A DNA stretch of 63,997 nucleotides, the filler included, from an uncultured bacterium (lineage in GTDB: Bacteria > CAYJOG01), in assembly GCA_964371695.1 (NCBI GenBank). It is 7 parts of 7 records of this genome, joined end to end, with 100 filler letters (N's around TTAATTAATTAA, not from the genome) between each part and the next. Parts side by side here need not be neighbours in the genome. Positions count along the whole stretch, not along the records: positions 1 to 9,870 come from CAYJOG010000065.1; 6 more parts are not named here. One strand, written 5' to 3'. Every line of letters starts with the position of its first letter. Position 1 is the first letter of the stretch. The translations under genes were made by a program, and so were the position numbers. The notes below the pieces were generated by a model. The model was given only the letters and a program-made list of their open reading frames with translations. It was not told the origin of the DNA and searched no databases. Of this stretch, positions 1-8,756 are shown piece after piece.

Positions 1-34
1 GGCAAAGCCCCCGCAAAACCTTCCTGAAACTTCA

Positions 35-77
35 GAGCCTGTTAATAAAGTCCACGACGGATTTTATAAACAGGTTC
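35..77. mobile_element. Short (43 nt) member of a MITE-like family, flanked by TCA on both sides
   Basis: GAGCCTGTTAATAAAGTCC-ACGAC-GGATTTTATAAACAGGTTC is an imperfect palindrome with TCA at 32-34 and 78-80. Its ends match the elements at 16693-16875 and 55397-55580. Confidence 0.65.
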
Positions 78-665
78 TCAGACCGGCGTGACGCTGATGC
101 GTGGGTCCAGGCGCTCGCGCATGAGGTTTTCGATATACATGAGTGTACCGGAGATGGAGCTGGGACAGGAGCCACAGGCCCCCTGATACAGAATCTTGAG
201 CTGAAAGCCCTCCAGGTCCACCACTTCCAGGCCGCCGCCGTCGCCCGCGAGCGCCGGGCGGATCTCCATGTCCAGAATGCCTTCGATGGACTTCACCTGA
301 TCCACCACGTTCATGTCGGCCCAGGGGCCGGTGGCCTGGGGGCCTTCGGCGGCGGGGGTGGCGGGGGCGACTTCGGCTTTTTCGTAGTGCTCTTCAATCA
401 GGGGTTTGACGGTGTTGATCAGCAGGTCCCAGCCCAGTTCGCCGTCCTGCGTGATGGTGATGAAGCGGTCCATCATGAACACTTCGGTGACATGGGGGAT
501 GTTGAGCAGATAAGCCGCCAGCCGGTTGTCGCCCGTTTCATCGGGGCTTGAAAAAGTCAGCGTGCCCCGCGACACCACCTGCTCGCTCAGGTTGAACTTG
601 AGGGCGTTTGGGTTGGGGGTGTACTCGGTGCTGAGAACCTTTGCTTGGGTGGCGGTGGTGTCCAC
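78..665 (-). CDS. NifU/Nfu-type Fe-S cluster carrier (Nfu_N plus NifU-C domains)
   Basis: N-terminal TPNPNALKF motif; C-terminal IRPALAGDGG...GACGSCPSS. Start placed at GTG 665 behind GAAGGAG. Confidence 0.9.
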   Translation of the reverse strand: MDTTATQAKVLSTEYTPNPNALKFNLSEQVVSRGTLTFSSPDETGDNRLAAYLLNIPHVTEVFMMDRFITITQDGELGWDLLINTVKPLIEEHYEKAEVAPATPAAEGPQATGPWADMNVVDQVKSIEGILDMEIRPALAGDGGGLEVVDLEGFQLKILYQGACGSCPSSISGTLMYIENLMRERLDPRISVTPV

Positions 666-907
666 GGCGGCTCCTTCAAACCAGCACAAATCAGCGGCTG
701 GTGTCGCCAAGATTATCCCGGCTGGCAATTTTCACAAGCACCGGGCAAAAATTGACGGTGTGACGGAGCGGGGCGTCCGAAAGCCTGTTGGCCTCGCAAC
801 CACTGGTTCATCTGTTTTGAAATGAGTAGCAGCGACATCCCCATTGCTGCTATATGGGTGCGGTGGGGACACCGCACCTACTCCTCATTTTTAACCAGAC
901 GAACCCA

Positions 908-3900
908 CTACGGATCTACGGTGAAGTTCACGGCGTTGCCGGTGATGCTCCCCACCGTGACGGAAATGGAGCCGGACAGCGCCCCGGTGGGCACGTTCAG
1001 CGTGAGGCTGTTTTGTGTGGCCGCCGTGGGCGTGACGTTGCCCGCGCCGGGAAAGGTGACGGTGTTGCTGGCGGGGGTGGTGCTGAAAGCGCCGCCGGTG
1101 ATGACGATTTGCGCCCCCACCTGGGCATTGGGCGGGGCGATGCTGAGAATGGTGGGTTTCACCACCATGGGCCAGCCGTTGGACGTGTAACCGTTGCGCG
1201 TGACCGTGACATTGCCCGACGTGGCCCCCGTGGGAATCACCACCTCGATTTTGGTTTGTGTGCTGGAACTGAGGGTGACGGGCAGCGTGCCGATTTTGGT
1301 GGTGTTGTCAGTCATGGTAGTGCTGAAACCACTGCCGTTGATCTCCATGCGTTCGCCGATCAGAAACGCGCTGGTGGAAACCGACAGCAGCGAGAGGCTG
1401 GAAATGGCCGGGATGGCCTGGAAGTAGGACGGATTGGATTGCAGGCCCGACGTGATGACATAAATCGGGCCGTTGTCGGCCCCCACGGGCACCTGCACGT
1501 TGAGCGTGGTGACCGAGCCGGAGTTGACCGTGGCCAGGGGCCCCGTCAGGGGGTCCAGAAAACGCACCACGTTGTTGCCCGGCACGGGGTCGAAACTGCT
1601 GCCGGTGATGGCCACGTTGTCCCCCACCCTGGCTGCGCCGGGGGCCACGCTGTTGATCACCGGGCGCACGGTGAAGGGAATGCTGTTGCTGGCGTTGCCG
1701 TTGGTGGTGACCACCAGGGTGGTGGCCCCGGCGGTGAGGCCCATGGGCACCTCGGCGGTGAGTGTGCTGAAATCGGCGCTGAGCACCGTGCCGGGCACAC
1801 CGCCAAAGGTGATGCTGTTGTTGCCGGTGGCGCCGTCAAAGCCGTTGCCGATCACCTGAATGATTTCGCCGCCCCCTGCCGTGGAAGGCTGCGAGGTACT
1901 CAGCGTCACCATCATCTGGAACATCACGGCGTTGGTCACCAAGCCCCCCACCGTCACGGTCACGGGCGAGGTCTCTACGTTATAAGGCACAATGCAGGTG
2001 AGTTGTGTGGTGCTGGCGGTTTGGGTGGCCACGGTGGTGTTGTTGAACTTGATGATATTGCTGGCGGGCGTGGTGCTGAAGCCCTTTCCGTTGATGGTGA
2101 GGGTGATGCCCGCGCCCCCGGATGGCGGACTGAGGTTGGTGATGCGAGGCAGGATGGTGAAGGGAATTTCGTTGGAGGAAATTACGTTTTTGGTGAGGAC
2201 ACTGATGGAAAGCGGCCCCGTGGCGGGCACGGCGGGCACGTTCAGGCCCAGGTGGGTATTGCTGGAACTGATCACCGTGGCGTTGGTGAGGCCGAACCGC
2301 ACGATGTTTTCAGACGCAATGGGGCTGAAACCCGTGCCATAGACCTGCATGGTGGCCCCCACGTTGCCCTCGCTGATGGTGAGGCTGGTGAGCTTGGGGG
2401 TGATGTTGTAACTCACGGTGAGGCTGGTCTGGCCGTTCACCGTCACCGACACAGGCCCCGCCACGGCGTTGGCCGGTACCGACACGGTGAGGTCGGTGGA
2501 GCCGCTCACGGCGGTGGCGGTGGTGTTGACCGTGCCGCTGAAGGTGATGGTGTTGCTGGCGGGGTTGCCGTCAAAACCCAGACCGCTGATGACGATGGCG
2601 TCTCCTATGTTGGCGCTGGCGGGCGTGATGCTGCTGATGACGGGGGCCACACTCACCAGAAAGGCGCCGCTGGAAATGTTGCTGGTGCTCACCACCAGCG
2701 GATACGACCCCGGCCCACTCACCATGGACGAAGGAATATCCACCCCCAGGGCGGTGGCGGTGGCCGAGGCGATGTTCAGCAGCACACCCCCCAATGACAC
2801 CTGATTGTCCGCCGGTGTTTTTCCAAAGCCCTCACCCACCACCACGATGGTCTGGCCCAGGCCCGCCACCGAGGGATTGATGCTGCTGATGACGGGGGTG
2901 ATGGTGAGCTTGAGCGGATCGCTTGTGCCGCTGGCCCCCTGATAGTTGGTGGTGACGGTGACGTCTCCGGTAGAAGCCCCGGTGGGCACACGAAACACCA
3001 GAGAGGTGAACGTGCTGCTGCTCAGGCCAGCGGCCTGGCCATCCACCATCACCCCCATGTTGTTGAAATCGTTGCTGAACCCCTGGCCGTTCAGCGTCAC
3101 CTGTTGCCCCACGGTGGCGGGGTTGACGCTGAAGCCGGTGATGGTGGGCTTGATGCTGAAACTGCCGGTGACCGAGACGAACTCCGGGTAATAACCAGCG
3201 GGCGTGGGCACATAAAGACTGAAGGTGTAAGGCCCGGAATGCGCNNNNNNNNNNGAGAAACTGATATTGATGGCGTTGGCGGCGGGCGACGTGTCATAAC
3301 CAATGCCCGCCTGAAAATAACTGATGCCGTTGACCGTAAAGGACATCTGGCCCGGCACGGCCGTGTTGAGTCCGCTGGCATAGATTCCGGCGGTGCCGCC
3401 GGGGTTCATCGTGCCGGTGCTGGACTCCATGCGGCCAATGCCCACCACCGGCCAGAACGTGTTGCTGGAACTGGTGGGGCTGACATTGTTGCCCACCTGA
3501 GTCACGCCACTGAGGCCAAAAACGCTGTCGAACGTGCTGACCTGGATGTTGCGGATGGTGCCGTTCAGGTTGGCGTCCATGCCCGGCGGCGCGGTGACGG
3601 TGAGCGTGGAGGTGGTGGCGCTGGTGGGCGCCACCGGGGTTTTGTTGAACCACACCGTGTTGTCCGCCGCCGTGGGGGCAAAGCCGTTGCCGGTCACCGT
3701 CACCGTGGTGCCCGCCTGCACCACCGGCCGGGAGGGCAGGAGTGTGACGCTGTCGGTGTAGTTGCCTGTCACGGACGTCACCACCGGCCCGGCGGTGAAG
3801 GTGCCCGCGTTTTCCTGGCTGATGAGGCCGCCCGTGCCCCCGGTGCGCACATAAATCTGCCCCCGGCTGAAACCGGCTGGGGCCAGCGTGGAAATCTGCA

Positions 3901-6508
3901 GGCTGGTCATGGCGGTGATGGTTCCGATCAGCGCCTGGCCTGCAAAACACTGGGCCCCTGTGGCCCCCGCGTTGGCGAAACACACCTGGGTGTCGCCCGG
4001 CTCAAACCCGCTGCCCAGAATGGTGAGGGGGCTTTCGGCAGGCCCCTGGGCCGGGGTAATGGTGGCGACAAAGGGGGTGACGCTGAAGGTATAGGGCGGG
4101 CTGAAGGCCCCCAGGGAACCGCCGTTGCGTATCTGAATGTAACCTGTGTAGGCCCCCAGGGGAATGCTCAACGACAACGTGGTGGAGGTGGACGCACTGA
4201 AGGCCACCTCGTTGCTGTTGAAGAACACCTCCGCATCGCTGGAAAGCGCGCCAAAACCCGTGCCATACAACATGAGCGGCTCACCCACCACCCCCACGGT
4301 GATGCTGCTGGAAGTGATGATGGGCTGCACCTGCACAAACAGTCCGTCGCTCTGGTAGCCCGTGCCCCCCACACTCACTTTCACCAGACTGGAGGTGGCG
4401 TCGGACGGCACCCTGGTGGTGATTTCCGTCTGGTTCAGCACCGCGTCGCCCGAAAGCGGGTTGAGCTGCACAGTCAGGGCCGTGCCCCAATGGATGGCGT
4501 TGTCGGTGACAAAATTGCTGAACCCGACACCCCGGATGGTGATGGTGTCCCCCGCCCGCGCCAGACGCGGAAAAATGCTGGTGATGGTGGGTTTGACCGA
4601 CACCAGGAACTGATTGGTGCTGACCCCGTTCACCATGAAGGACAGATAACCGGAGTTGATGCCGTTGGGCACCATCACTTCCAGGATATCCACACCGGCG
4701 CTCTGGCTCAGGCTCACCTTGAAAAGCTGAATCTGCCCCAGATAAATGTTGCTGATGTCCCCCAGGTTCGAGCCAAACCGTTTGCCATAAATAAAGAAGT
4801 TCTGGCCCCCCACCGGCTTGCTGGGCGACACGCTGGTGATGGACGGGCCAATGGAATAGGACAACGTAGCCGAGGCGCTCACCCCCGCCACCGCCAGGGA
4901 GATCACGTCGTCTTCCACACCAAAGGGCACCGTCACCGTGAGGCTGGTGGGCGTGGCGGCGGTGACCGAAGCCGAAGACGTGGAGAAAAACACGGCGTTT
5001 TGTGTGGGGGTGGCGCTGAAACCGGTGCCCGTGAGGGTCACGGTCTGATCCCACACCAGTGTGCCGCTGGGTGAAATCGCATCCAGCGTGGGCAGCACGG
5101 TGAAGGTGGGCGTGGCCGAAGCCGTGAGCGCCCCCAGCGCCACGGTGAGCGCCCCCGTCACCACCCCCGGTGGCACCACGGCGGCAATCTGGGTGAGACT
5201 GGCGCTGAGCACCGTCACCGGCAGGCCACCGATGTTCACAAACAGGTTGTTGGGGTCGGTGTCGAAGTTGGAGCCGTCGATGGTGATGGCTGTGTTCACC
5301 GAGCCGCTGGTGGGTGAGAGGTTGTTCACCACCGGCAGCACACTGGTAACGGTGTAGGCCACCGGCGCGCTGTTCTGGGCGTTCACCGATACGGTGAGGG
5401 TCTGCGCGCCTGCGGCCACCGTGGCGGGGGTGCGCACGGTGAGTTGCGTGAGGCTGGCGCTCAGCACCGTGGCCGGGAGGCCCCCCAGCAGCACCTGATT
5501 TTCACTCAGGGTGGCCGAGAACTCCGCCCCGTCTATCACCAGAATGGTGCCGGGGTTGCCGCTCAGAGGGGCTATCTGGCTGATGACCGGCGGCCCGGCG
5601 CTGGCCACGCAACAGCCTGGGTCTTCACCGCTTGTGAGCACCACAAAAGCAGCGCCTTCGCTGGTCTGCCCGCCGCTGGTGAGTTTGACCTCACCACTGC
5701 TGGCTCCTGCGGGCACAATGAACACCACGTTGCTCAGGGTGGCCTGTTGCACCGCCAGGGGCACACCTCCCAGGGTCAACACGGCGTCCGCCGGGTCAAA
5801 CCCGGTGGCGGCCACGCTCACCACTTCGCCCACGTGGGCGGCGGCGGGGTTGAGCGCGGTGATGACCGGGCTGTCCTGTGCTGGCCCGGCGGTGGGTGTG
5901 GCAAAGGAAAAAATCAGCTTGGTATTTTCGCGGGCAAAAAACCAATATCCCTTGAAAGGATTCAGCTTGGCCCCCGCCGTGCCCGGCAAAACCTGATTCA
6001 CCTGACCAGCGGTCACGCCAAAAGCCGTGGGCAGCACCCAGGCCGAGGCGGCGCTGAGGGGCAGGATGTTGCTGTCCGGCCCCTGCACGTTCACGTTGTC
6101 ACCCCAGGCCACCGCCTGGGGATAGGGGTTGGCGATGAGGTTCCAGCCCCGGGCCAGTTGCACTTCGATCACCTGGGCGGTCTGGGTGAGGTTGCCCCCC
6201 ACCGTCAGTTGAGAGACCCCAGGCCCCGGCAACACCCACAGGCCCTGGCCCGGCAACACGGCCGAGCCGCTCGTCACCGGCGTGGCCAGACCTTTATAGG
6301 TATAAGCCTCCACACCACCGGGCATGGTCACGCCACTGGCGGGCAAACCCACCAGCGACCAGCCTCCCTGATCGTTCGTCAACGGCACGGTGAAACCCGC
6401 CTGGGCAGACCGCAGACACAGCAGGCTCAGCAGACAAAGCCACACCGCCCAGACACGACAAGACACACGCACGACAGGCTTAAGTATACCCCTTTCAGGG
6501 CACTGCAT
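908..6508 (-). CDS. Giant secreted IPT/TIG (Ig-like) repeat protein, about 1,860 aa
   Basis: Signal peptide ending ..LLCLRSAQA; N-terminal GWSLVGLP/GWNLIANPY/KGYWF module; about 19 repeats of P-(V/T)-I-(T/S)-S-x-x-P...G-x-x-F. A 10-N gap lies at 3245-3254. Start is ATG 6508 or GTG 6472; the ORF-track start at 6748 lies inside hxsA. Confidence 0.85.
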   Translation of the reverse strand: MQCPERGILKPVVRVSCRVWAVWLCLLSLLCLRSAQAGFTVPLTNDQGGWSLVGLPASGVTMPGGVEAYTYKGLATPVTSGSAVLPGQGLWVLPGPGVSQLTVGGNLTQTAQVIEVQLARGWNLIANPYPQAVAWGDNVNVQGPDSNILPLSAASAWVLPTAFGVTAGQVNQVLPGTAGAKLNPFKGYWFFARENTKLIFSFATPTAGPAQDSPVITALNPAAAHVGEVVSVAATGFDPADAVLTLGGVPLAVQQATLSNVVFIVPAGASSGEVKLTSGGQTSEGAAFVVLTSGEDPGCCVASAGPPVISQIAPLSGNPGTILVIDGAEFSATLSENQVLLGGLPATVLSASLTQLTVRTPATVAAGAQTLTVSVNAQNSAPVAYTVTSVLPVVNNLSPTSGSVNTAITIDGSNFDTDPNNLFVNIGGLPVTVLSASLTQIAAVVPPGVVTGALTVALGALTASATPTFTVLPTLDAISPSGTLVWDQTVTLTGTGFSATPTQNAVFFSTSSASVTAATPTSLTVTVPFGVEDDVISLAVAGVSASATLSYSIGPSITSVSPSKPVGGQNFFIYGKRFGSNLGDISNIYLGQIQLFKVSLSQSAGVDILEVMVPNGINSGYLSFMVNGVSTNQFLVSVKPTITSIFPRLARAGDTITIRGVGFSNFVTDNAIHWGTALTVQLNPLSGDAVLNQTEITTRVPSDATSSLVKVSVGGTGYQSDGLFVQVQPIITSSSITVGVVGEPLMLYGTGFGALSSDAEVFFNSNEVAFSASTSTTLSLSIPLGAYTGYIQIRNGGSLGAFSPPYTFSVTPFVATITPAQGPAESPLTILGSGFEPGDTQVCFANAGATGAQCFAGQALIGTITAMTSLQISTLAPAGFSRGQIYVRTGGTGGLISQENAGTFTAGPVVTSVTGNYTDSVTLLPSRPVVQAGTTVTVTGNGFAPTAADNTVWFNKTPVAPTSATTSTLTVTAPPGMDANLNGTIRNIQVSTFDSVFGLSGVTQVGNNVSPTSSSNTFWPVVGIGRMESSTGTMNPGGTAGIYASGLNTAVPGQMSFTVNGISYFQAGIGYDTSPAANAINISFXXXXAHSGPYTFSLYVPTPAGYYPEFVSVTGSFSIKPTITGFSVNPATVGQQVTLNGQGFSNDFNNMGVMVDGQAAGLSSSTFTSLVFRVPTGASTGDVTVTTNYQGASGTSDPLKLTITPVISSINPSVAGLGQTIVVVGEGFGKTPADNQVSLGGVLLNIASATATALGVDIPSSMVSGPGSYPLVVSTSNISSGAFLVSVAPVISSITPASANIGDAIVISGLGFDGNPASNTITFSGTVNTTATAVSGSTDLTVSVPANAVAGPVSVTVNGQTSLTVSYNITPKLTSLTISEGNVGATMQVYGTGFSPIASENIVRFGLTNATVISSSNTHLGLNVPAVPATGPLSISVLTKNVISSNEIPFTILPRITNLSPPSGGAGITLTINGKGFSTTPASNIIKFNNTTVATQTASTTQLTCIVPYNVETSPVTVTVGGLVTNAVMFQMMVTLSTSQPSTAGGGEIIQVIGNGFDGATGNNSITFGGVPGTVLSADFSTLTAEVPMGLTAGATTLVVTTNGNASNSIPFTVRPVINSVAPGAARVGDNVAITGSSFDPVPGNNVVRFLDPLTGPLATVNSGSVTTLNVQVPVGADNGPIYVITSGLQSNPSYFQAIPAISSLSLLSVSTSAFLIGERMEINGSGFSTTMTDNTTKIGTLPVTLSSSTQTKIEVVIPTGATSGNVTVTRNGYTSNGWPMVVKPTILSIAPPNAQVGAQIVITGGAFSTTPASNTVTFPGAGNVTPTAATQNSLTLNVPTGALSGSISVTVGSITGNAVNFTVDP

Positions 6509-6608
6509 AACCTGCGGAGCAAAGCTGTCCACCGCAATTTGTTTTAATTCGTAATGCTCGTGATGCTCGGCAAATCCAGTCCCATGCCTTGAAACCGTCC
6601 GCCCCGCC

Positions 6609-6983
6609 TCACCAACTGCCGTGGCTGCCGTGGCTGCCGTGCGATCCGTGGCTGCCGTGGCTGCCGTGGCTGGCGTGACTGCCGTGACTGGCATGGCTGC
6701 CGTGGCTGCCGTGAGAGCAGTGGCTGCCGTGGCTGGCGTGGCTGGCATGGCTGCCGGGGTCCAGGTTCATGAACTCCAGGCCGTCGCCCTCGGGGTGAAT
6801 CAGTGGATTGGCCCCCGAAAGGGTGCTGCCGATGATCAGCAGCGTGGTGGCGCCGGTCAGGGATTGTTCGCGGGTCATTTTGCCTTCCTCGGACTGCAAA
6901 AACATGCCCACCTTTTTTTTCATGGCGGGAACCCGGCTTTTCAAGCCCTTTTTACCGTTTTTCTTGCCGTTTCCCTCGCTCAT
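6609..6983 (-). CDS. hxsA: His-Xaa-Ser repeat precursor peptide (HxsA-type), 124 aa
   Basis: ATG 6983 follows AAAAGGGG. Lys-rich leader, hydrophobic segment, then 15 tandem H-x-S triplets and a terminal W. Lies directly downstream of hxsB. Confidence 0.9.
   Translation of the reverse strand: MSEGNGKKNGKKGLKSRVPAMKKKVGMFLQSEEGKMTREQSLTGATTLLIIGSTLSGANPLIHPEGDGLEFMNLDPGSHASHASHGSHCSHGSHGSHASHGSHASHGSHGSHGSHGSHGSHGSW
6615..6749 (-). repeat. 15 x 9-nt coding tandem repeat (10 HGS, 4 HAS, 1 HCS)
   Basis: GCTGCCGTG-type units counted directly (135 nt). Synonymous variation between units keeps His and Ser fixed. Confidence 0.95.
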
Positions 6984-7020
6984 GGTTGTTCCCCTTTTGC
7001 TGTGGTGAATCACCCCGGCC

Positions 7021-8529
7021 CTATGGGCCGCAGGCGCTTTTTTCGTAGGCATAGTGGTCGAAGTTGTCCTTAATGGTAATCCATCGTTCAAAAACCCTCA
7101 AGATTTGTTCTCTTTTCTCTCCCATCAGGTGCAGGAACAGCGGGTCGAGCATGCCCAGGCTGGTGCGGCACTTGGCGCTGGTACTCATCTGGCCAAACAA
7201 ATCGCCCTGGGCGGTGTAGTTGTAAATGGGGCACACGCCACAATAAGGCTTGTAGGCGCAGTCCTTGCAGCCGGGGATGAAATCCTGCGTGCTCGCCAGC
7301 AGCATGGCCTTGACGGTGTCGTGACGCACGATGTCCCGGTAACCCGAGCGGGACACGTGGCCCAGCTCGAAATTGTCGTCACCCTGCTCCTTCAGCATGC
7401 GGCCTTCGTCGCAGGTGAACACCCCGCCGTCGTGGTTATAACCCACCTGACCGATGCCCGCGCCGCAGGGACTGCGCAGTTCCATGTAATTCGGGTCCCG
7501 GTCGGAAAGGATTTTCTGAAGGTGCAGGGCGGCGGCGCGCTCCATGATTTCCACGCCCTTCAGGTTCAGCTCGATGATGTAATTCAGCGCGTTCTGGTAA
7601 AACTCGATGAACTGCTCGGACGTGTAACCAATCAGCCGGGCTGTTTTCTGCGACCAGCCATAGGGGTTGAGCGCGCGCAGGTGAATCACCTTCAGCCCCA
7701 GGCCCACATAGGTGTCCACGATTTCCTTCCAATAGGGCAGGCTGTGGCGCGTGGTGGTCATGAGCGCGTCCACGTGGTAATAGTCTTCGGGCAGACCCCG
7801 GCGGCGATATTCCGCGTTGATCATGGCCATTTTGGCGGTGACCTCTTCAAAACTGTTGCCCGCGCTGTGATAGGCCCGGTTGCGGTTGTGAACCTCCGGG
7901 GGGCCGTCCAGGCTGGTGCAGAGCATCACGCCGTTGTCGATGAAAAAGTTCATTTTTTCTTCGTCCAGCAGCGTGAGGTTGCTCACCAGGGTAAAAGCCA
8001 GGTGCTTTTTGGCCTCTTTGTTTTTTTCGGTGGCGTATTCGGTGATGAACCTGATGATGGGGAAGTTCACCAGCGGCTCGCCCCCCTGAAACTCAATATT
8101 GATGGCCGGACTGGTGGTCTTGAAAATCAGGTCCACCGTCTGGCGGGCGGTTTCTTCGGTCATGTCGGTGTCCACGCGGTCCATGTTGGCGCGGCTGGCG
8201 TGGCAATAAGAACAGGCATGGTTGCAGCGCAGGGTGACGGTGACGATGTGCAGGTTCGGCCCACTGCTGAGAAACCAGTTGCGGTTGCGGTATTTGGTGA
8301 TGGCCCGGGTGGTGGCGGGGTCGTTGCGCAGAAAACCAGCCTCCAGCAGGGAATGAAACATGGGCAGGTCCTGCGTCATGCGGCCCTCGACAAACGCCTG
8401 GAACTCTGCGGGCGAAAGCGCGATGAAATCCCCCACGTCGTTGGTGATCAGCACCTTGCCGCCCAGGTGACGAAACCTGAAAAAGCCCAGGCGAGGGGCG
8501 TTTTCGCGCACCAGGGCCAGGTTCACCAT
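7021..8529 (-). CDS. hxsB: His-Xaa-Ser system radical SAM/SPASM maturase HxsB
   Basis: TLRCNHACSYCHAS (CxxxCxxC); IEFQGGEP; SPCGAGIGQ..Y..DG..FTCDEGRM; CKDCAYKPYCGVCP SPASM cysteines; N-terminal FRF..LITNDVG. Confidence 0.92.
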   Translation of the reverse strand: MVNLALVRENAPRLGFFRFRHLGGKVLITNDVGDFIALSPAEFQAFVEGRMTQDLPMFHSLLEAGFLRNDPATTRAITKYRNRNWFLSSGPNLHIVTVTLRCNHACSYCHASRANMDRVDTDMTEETARQTVDLIFKTTSPAINIEFQGGEPLVNFPIIRFITEYATEKNKEAKKHLAFTLVSNLTLLDEEKMNFFIDNGVMLCTSLDGPPEVHNRNRAYHSAGNSFEEVTAKMAMINAEYRRRGLPEDYYHVDALMTTTRHSLPYWKEIVDTYVGLGLKVIHLRALNPYGWSQKTARLIGYTSEQFIEFYQNALNYIIELNLKGVEIMERAAALHLQKILSDRDPNYMELRSPCGAGIGQVGYNHDGGVFTCDEGRMLKEQGDDNFELGHVSRSGYRDIVRHDTVKAMLLASTQDFIPGCKDCAYKPYCGVCPIYNYTAQGDLFGQMSTSAKCRTSLGMLDPLFLHLMGEKREQILRVFERWITIKDNFDHYAYEKSACGP

Positions 8530-8756
8530 TGCTTTTTTTCCTCCAGGGTGAAATAAAGCGCGGCGTTGAAAAGCTCGTCCGTCAGTTCACCGGACAGTTC
8601 CGGGTCGTGGGGCTTGCCGGTCACCAGCAGACCGCCAGAGGTTTTCTCCACGGTCAGGGCGGCGTCTTCCGAAAAACTTTTGGCAGCTTTTTTCACCGCC
8701 TTGGCGCTGTAAAGGCGACGGGGAAACTCAAGCCGGAGGGCTGTTTCAGCCGTCAC
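8523..8756 (-). CDS. Small HxsD-like protein
   Basis: 77 aa with LYSAKAVKKAA...ELFNAAL, resembling the N-terminal half of HxsD. Overlaps both neighbours, suggesting translational coupling. Confidence 0.7.
   Translation of the reverse strand: MTAETALRLEFPRRLYSAKAVKKAAKSFSEDAALTVEKTSGGLLVTGKPHDPELSGELTDELFNAALYFTLEEKKQW

Noticed and set aside
854-6547. Long plus-strand ORFs opposite the IPT gene (647, 656 and 367 aa), and similar antisense ORFs opposite hxsB, pnp, purD and ilvD
   Set aside because: Shadow ORFs caused by high-GC codon bias; no recognisable motifs.
6509-6748. Ala/Thr-rich N-terminal extension (PATPATAATA...) of the 1946-aa ORF
   Set aside because: It is the HxS repeat of hxsA read in another frame; the real signal peptide begins near 6508/6472.
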